Below are positions 27,781-32,000 of a DNA stretch of 32,000 bases, piece by piece (position 1 is the stretch's first letter; each line of letters begins with the position of its first letter). The translations under genes and the position numbers were made by a program. The stretch lies in the NCBI RefSeq assembly GCF_052908275.1, contig NZ_CM128603.1. The stretch is one strand, 5' to 3'. The notes below the pieces were generated by a model, which searched no databases, was not told where the DNA came from, and saw only the letters and a program-made list of their open reading frames with translations.

Positions 27781-29327
27781 CAGGCTTCCTCCCCTTTGCA
27801 GATAAATTCACGCGCCAGCAATCCGGTATTGGTGCTGCTGCTCGCCAGAATCACTCCGGCATCAAGCAGCATCTGGCTTTGTTGTTCTAACGATGGCGTA
27901 TCAAGATCGGTACCCAGCACATAGGCGAGAATGATCAACTCGCGTCCTTCGGCAGCGGCGATCGCTTTCGCTTCTTTGATCGTCTCGATGGTGGAGCCGA
28001 CCGGATCTTCATGCGATCCAAATCCGAGCACAAAATCCATCACGATCACCGCCACTTCTGGATCGCGCGCCTCTTCGATCAAGCGACTGATGCGGTTGGT
28101 GGGGTCAATCATCGGGTGCGGCTTGCCGTTGGTGAAGTCGTCATCGCCAAAGTCGAGGAAGGTGTGTTTGATGCTGCGGTTGATATCTTTCAGGCGGAAT
28201 TCCGGATCGGGCTGAATGTTGCTGTAGACATCGCCATGTTTTTCCATCACCGCGAACATGGTTTCGTCGCACAGCGTGCCGCCGCAGAACAGGCCACGAA
28301 TGTATTTCTGCTGCGGTTGCAGACGCGCACGCACATCCGCAATCAACGGCTGGTTAAGCGTATGCAGGTCGAGATTTTCCTGTTTCACGCCGGAGAGCAT
28401 CACCGCTTTTAGCGCTGCCTCTTTGGTGCCGCGGGCAAACTGTAGCCCCTGCTCATCCACTGGCGTTTCGCCACGATCGAGGAAGCAGACGACCACCGGC
28501 TTGCGGCAGGCGCGCGCACGTTCCAGCACTTTGCGGGCCACCGCAGGCGCAGGCGGTTTGGAGATAAGCGCAATGATTTCAGTTTGCGGATCGTTTTCCA
28601 GCATCCCGATGGCGTCGAGCATCATCAGGCCGCCGATTTTCTCGCTCAGGTCGCGCCCGCCGGTGCCAATCAGTTGCGAAACGCCGCCGCCAAATTCATG
28701 AATGCGGACGCTCAACTCCTGACTGCCGGTGCCGGATGCGCCAACAATACCGATGTTGCCGCGACGCACGGCGTTACCAAAACAGAGCGCCGCGCCGTTG
28801 ATAATCGCCGTGCCACAGTCTGGCCCCATCATCAGCAGCCCTTTTTCGTGGGCCAGTTGCTTGAGCGCCAGTTCATCTTCAACTGAGACGTTATCGGAAA
28901 ACAGCATCACGTTGAGATCGTTTTGCAGCGCCTGACGCGCTTCGCGAGCGGCAAACAGACCGTTGACCGAAATCACCGCCAGGTTACTTTCCGGGATATG
29001 CTTTTTGGCGCTGCCAATAGTGGCGTAACGCGCCTCGTGCGAGCCGCTTTGCGCTTTGGTGTTGAACAGTTCTTCAATCTCCACCAGCAACTGCTCGTTG
29101 TCCGCACCCGATTTACCATTGATGACAATCATCAGGTCGCCGTTTTTCGCCTGCTCCAGCTCCGGCGTCAGCAGTCCTAAATTCTTCAGCACGCCTTTAT
29201 TCATTTCGGTCGCCATCGCCACAAATGCCTGCTCGACGCCGTCGAGTTTATTTGCACGCGTGGAGATAGACATCAGCGAGACAGAATCAAAATAGGTATT
29301 CGGTTTAATGACTATTTTAACTGACAT
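27780..29327 (-). CDS. yahF: FdrA-like acyl-CoA synthetase (NDP-forming)/succinyl-CoA-ligase-alpha-like protein YahF
   Basis: 515-aa ORF with a CoA-ligase-type fold signature (GIVGASGTGSQE), recognised as K-12 YahF. Confidence 0.95.
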   Translation of the reverse strand: MSVKIVIKPNTYFDSVSLMSISTRANKLDGVEQAFVAMATEMNKGVLKNLGLLTPELEQAKNGDLMIVINGKSGADNEQLLVEIEELFNTKAQSGSHEARYATIGSAKKHIPESNLAVISVNGLFAAREARQALQNDLNVMLFSDNVSVEDELALKQLAHEKGLLMMGPDCGTAIINGAALCFGNAVRRGNIGIVGASGTGSQELSVRIHEFGGGVSQLIGTGGRDLSEKIGGLMMLDAIGMLENDPQTEIIALISKPPAPAVARKVLERARACRKPVVVCFLDRGETPVDEQGLQFARGTKEAALKAVMLSGVKQENLDLHTLNQPLIADVRARLQPQQKYIRGLFCGGTLCDETMFAVMEKHGDVYSNIQPDPEFRLKDINRSIKHTFLDFGDDDFTNGKPHPMIDPTNRISRLIEEARDPEVAVIVMDFVLGFGSHEDPVGSTIETIKEAKAIAAAEGRELIILAYVLGTDLDTPSLEQQSQMLLDAGVILASSSTNTGLLAREFICKGEEA

Positions 29328-30180
29328 AATTCCCTCCGTAGGTTTGGCTCAGCGCACAACCATCGGCCATGCCATACAGCATGTCGCAGCCGGAACTGGA
29401 GCCAATATGTTTAATTTTTTCTATTGCCTGAGTTGCGTTCCCAGGGATGTCATAAATAATGTTGTGAATAAAACGATGAATATTTTCCCGGCAGCGTTGT
29501 TGTAATGCGGCTTCCAGCGTTATGGCACTTAATAATGTGGTATTATTTTTGCCGCGTTGCAGACCGAGATAAAATTCCTCTTTGTATTTTTCCGCCGGAT
29601 GCCCGGGAATAAATAAAATAAGCGCCAGACCTGTTAAATAATCGTCGGCTGATGGCGTAAGGCCAATCCCTAACCCCATCATACTGGCGACCGCTGAGGC
29701 GATATTTTGTTTATCGTTTACGACCTGAATAACTGCCCGTCGTTTAATATGTAATTCTTTATTTAACGCCTGATAAAACGGATTATCGCCGCGATAATTA
29801 AACAGGGTTTCATTTTCCCCCAGGTGCTGATGAATAATGTCGTGCCACTGTAGCCAGGCGATAAGGTGAAAATTCACAGCGGTCATTTGCAAGGTTGGGG
29901 ACAGCCAACGCCGACAACGACTCATCTCTATATGAAGATGTTGACCAACCGTAATACCTTGATCGTCAAACTGAACCTTATCACCATGCCGGAACAGATC
30001 ATCAAAGTGAGTGAGTGCCAACCGACAACTGTTTGGCGCATTGTCGTACTCTTCACAAAGCAGCGTCAGCAACTGCTGGCGAGCCGGGAGTGCGATATTT
30101 ACCGCTCTGGCAAAGACCTGTTCAACCTGTCCTTGCCCCCGCTGCGCCAGAAAATCCGCATCCGCAGTTAGCGCCCACAC
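29317..30180 (-). CDS. yahE: DUF2877-family protein YahE (YlbF/AllH paralogue)
   Basis: 287-aa ORF that overlaps the yahF start by 11 nt, recognised as K-12 YahE. Confidence 0.93.
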   Translation of the reverse strand: MWALTADADFLAQRGQGQVEQVFARAVNIALPARQQLLTLLCEEYDNAPNSCRLALTHFDDLFRHGDKVQFDDQGITVGQHLHIEMSRCRRWLSPTLQMTAVNFHLIAWLQWHDIIHQHLGENETLFNYRGDNPFYQALNKELHIKRRAVIQVVNDKQNIASAVASMMGLGIGLTPSADDYLTGLALILFIPGHPAEKYKEEFYLGLQRGKNNTTLLSAITLEAALQQRCRENIHRFIHNIIYDIPGNATQAIEKIKHIGSSSGCDMLYGMADGCALSQTYGGNYVS

Positions 30181-30219
30181 ACACCGTCTTTCTGGTGTGT
30201 TGATAGCAAGCCTCCCGGT

Positions 30220-30825
30220 TTATGCACCTGCGGCAATCAGTAACTGCGCAATCTCTTCAAAGCCCCGTTCCCGCGCCAGTTCCAGTGGCGTTTTGCCATA
30301 TTTATCGGTCAGATGCGGGCTGGCACCGTGTTCCAGCAATAACTGCACAATCGCCTGCTGTTTAATACCACCATCATTAAGCACAATCGCTTCCAGTAGC
30401 GGCGTCCAGCCTACATGGTTGGTCTGGTTAACGTTAATCTCCGTATGCGCCAAAAGCTCTTTTACAATACTTAAATGGCCTTTTTCACAGGCAGGCGTCA
30501 GGCCGACACCGCCAAAACGGGTTACGCAATTAAGATCGGGTTTAGCCGGTAAAATAATTCGTAGTAGCGTTAAATCATCGTTCAGACAGCTAATTAAAAA
30601 AGGATTTAAACAGGTATGATCTTGCTTATTAATATCCGCTCCGGCATCAATTAATGCCTGAACGCAAGCATATTGCTGATATAAACTTGCCAGCGTAATT
30701 GCCGTTTTCCCCTGACGATCGCAGGTATTAATATCGACACCCAGCGCAAGGCAGGTTTTTACTTTATCGATATCACCCTGTTGTGCAGCCAATAAATAGT
30801 CGGCAGGTAGATTTTTTATACTCAT
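30220..30825 (-). CDS. yahD: Ankyrin-repeat protein YahD
   Basis: 201-aa ORF with repeated G-x-TPL/A-x-x-G-h-x-x-hh-x-x-LL-x-x-GA ankyrin units. Confidence 0.93.
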   Translation of the reverse strand: MSIKNLPADYLLAAQQGDIDKVKTCLALGVDINTCDRQGKTAITLASLYQQYACVQALIDAGADINKQDHTCLNPFLISCLNDDLTLLRIILPAKPDLNCVTRFGGVGLTPACEKGHLSIVKELLAHTEINVNQTNHVGWTPLLEAIVLNDGGIKQQAIVQLLLEHGASPHLTDKYGKTPLELARERGFEEIAQLLIAAGA

Positions 30826-31082
30826 TCACATTCCCCTGGTTTTTGTGGCTGTTTTCGATGAATTGAGAATAGCAACGATAATCTGATAAAAGAACCCGCT
30901 TAAATTTAATTCGCCGTATCTCGCCTTTTTGTTGAATAATATTCAACAATCTTTTCGCAGTGTGCGGTAGTGCAATATTTGTTTCTTTGACCCGATACCC
31001 TTTCACTCAATCAGGTTTTATTTCTCTATAGTCTGCACATGTAAGAGTAGCTTTCGTCCATGTCTAACCAGAGGGGAACAAG

Positions 31083-31580
31083 ATGAACGGACTCACGGCA
31101 ACGGGTGTCACCGTCGGTATTTGTGCAGGGCTTTGGCAGTTAGTGTCTTCACATGTCGGGCTCTCTCAAGGATGGGAATTATTAGGAACCATTGGCTTCG
31201 TCGCCTTTTGCAGTTTTTATGCCGCAGGCGGCGGTAAATCGGGGTTTATCAGAAGTCTGGCGGTTAATTATTCCGGGATGGTGTGGGCGTTTTTCGCCGC
31301 GCTGACTGCTGGTTGGCTGGCCTCTGTAAGTGGACTGTCCGCGTTCTGGGCGAGCGTAATTACTACCGTACCCTTCTCGGCGGTAGTGGTCTGGCAAGGG
31401 CGTTTCTGGTTACTGTCCTTTATTCCCGGTGGCTTTCTCGGCATGACGCTGTTTTTTGCCAGCGGGATGAACTGGACGGTGACGTTACTGGGTTTTCTGG
31501 CGGGTAACTGCGTGGGGGTAATTTCAGAATATGGTGGACAAAAATTAAGCGAAGCGACGACTAAACGCGACGGGTATTAA
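31083..31580 (+). CDS. yahC: Inner-membrane protein YahC (DUF1097)
   Basis: 165-aa multi-TM ORF recognised as K-12 YahC. Confidence 0.9.
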   Translation: MNGLTATGVTVGICAGLWQLVSSHVGLSQGWELLGTIGFVAFCSFYAAGGGKSGFIRSLAVNYSGMVWAFFAALTAGWLASVSGLSAFWASVITTVPFSAVVVWQGRFWLLSFIPGGFLGMTLFFASGMNWTVTLLGFLAGNCVGVISEYGGQKLSEATTKRDGY

Positions 31581-31671
31581 AAGTTATTCAAAAATGATTA
31601 TCTATCTTTAACCGATACCTCTACAGTCATAGCTGGAGAAATTCATAGTAGATAATGGCGAGAATGGTTTA

Positions 31672-32000
31672 ATGAACTCAATTTTTACCGAAGAGAATCT
31701 GTTGGCATTTACTACCGCTGCGCGTTTTGGCAGCTTCAGTAAAGCCGCAGAAGAGTTGGGTTTAACCACTTCCGCCATTAGCTACACCATTAAGCGTATG
31801 GAGACGGGGCTGGATGTGGTGCTGTTCACTCGCAGTACCCGCAGCATTGAGTTAACGGAGTCCGGGCGTTATTTTTTCCGCAAAGCTACCGACCTGCTGA
31901 ATGATTTTTATGCCATCAAACGCAGTATCGATACTATTTCGCAGGGCATAGAAGCGCGTGTGCGCATTTGTATTAATCAGCTGCTTTATACGCCCAAACA
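31672..32000 (+). CDS. yahB: LysR-family transcriptional regulator YahB, N-terminal part (runs off the window)
   Basis: ATG at 31672. MNSIFTEENLLAFTTAARFGSFSKAAEELGLTTSAISYTIKRMETGLDVVLFTRSTR is a typical LysR HTH. The ORF is not in the track because it is truncated by the window end. Confidence 0.9.
   Translation, partial: MNSIFTEENLLAFTTAARFGSFSKAAEELGLTTSAISYTIKRMETGLDVVLFTRSTRSIELTESGRYFFRKATDLLNDFYAIKRSIDTISQGIEARVRICINQLLYTPK

Overview
Escherichia coli chromosomal segment collinear with the K-12 codBA - prpEDCB/prpR - yahONMLK ... yahJIGFEDCB region, in reverse orientation to the K-12 map. All core genes are intact, and every intergenic spacing I can recall from MG1655 matches this window, with one exception. 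The yahK-yahJ spacer is about 0.56 kb in K-12 by my recollection (to be verified) but 10,275 nt here. The extra ~9.7 kb is a same-strand, tightly packed filamentous (inovirus-type) prophage. In order it carries an IS110-family DEDD recombinase, a P2-GpA-like rolling-circle initiator, a putative ssDNA-binding protein, small coat ORFs and a gpVIII-like major coat. These are followed by a terminator, an RHH-like ORF, a gpIII-like adsorption protein with (GTGS)n linker, a gpVI-like protein, a Zot/gpI ATPase and a gpIV secretin. It ends with a 526-nt structured intergenic region holding a 68-nt hairpin, then a very AT-rich cargo gene for a single-HKD PLD-family nuclease fused to a small C-terminal domain. 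The most interesting points are: (1) the phage appears to use an IS110-type (bridge-RNA-class) recombinase as its integration module, with very little flanking non-coding space for a guide RNA; (2) the orphan PLD nuclease cargo gene; (3) unannotated small ORFs and structured elements inside the prophage; (4) a degenerate but complete tRNA-like cloverleaf overlapping the yahM start. The rest is ordinary core genome: the prp operon with a textbook sigma54 promoter, REP/BIME arrays, and the yah carbamate-kinase cluster. Prophage junctions could not be resolved by eye.
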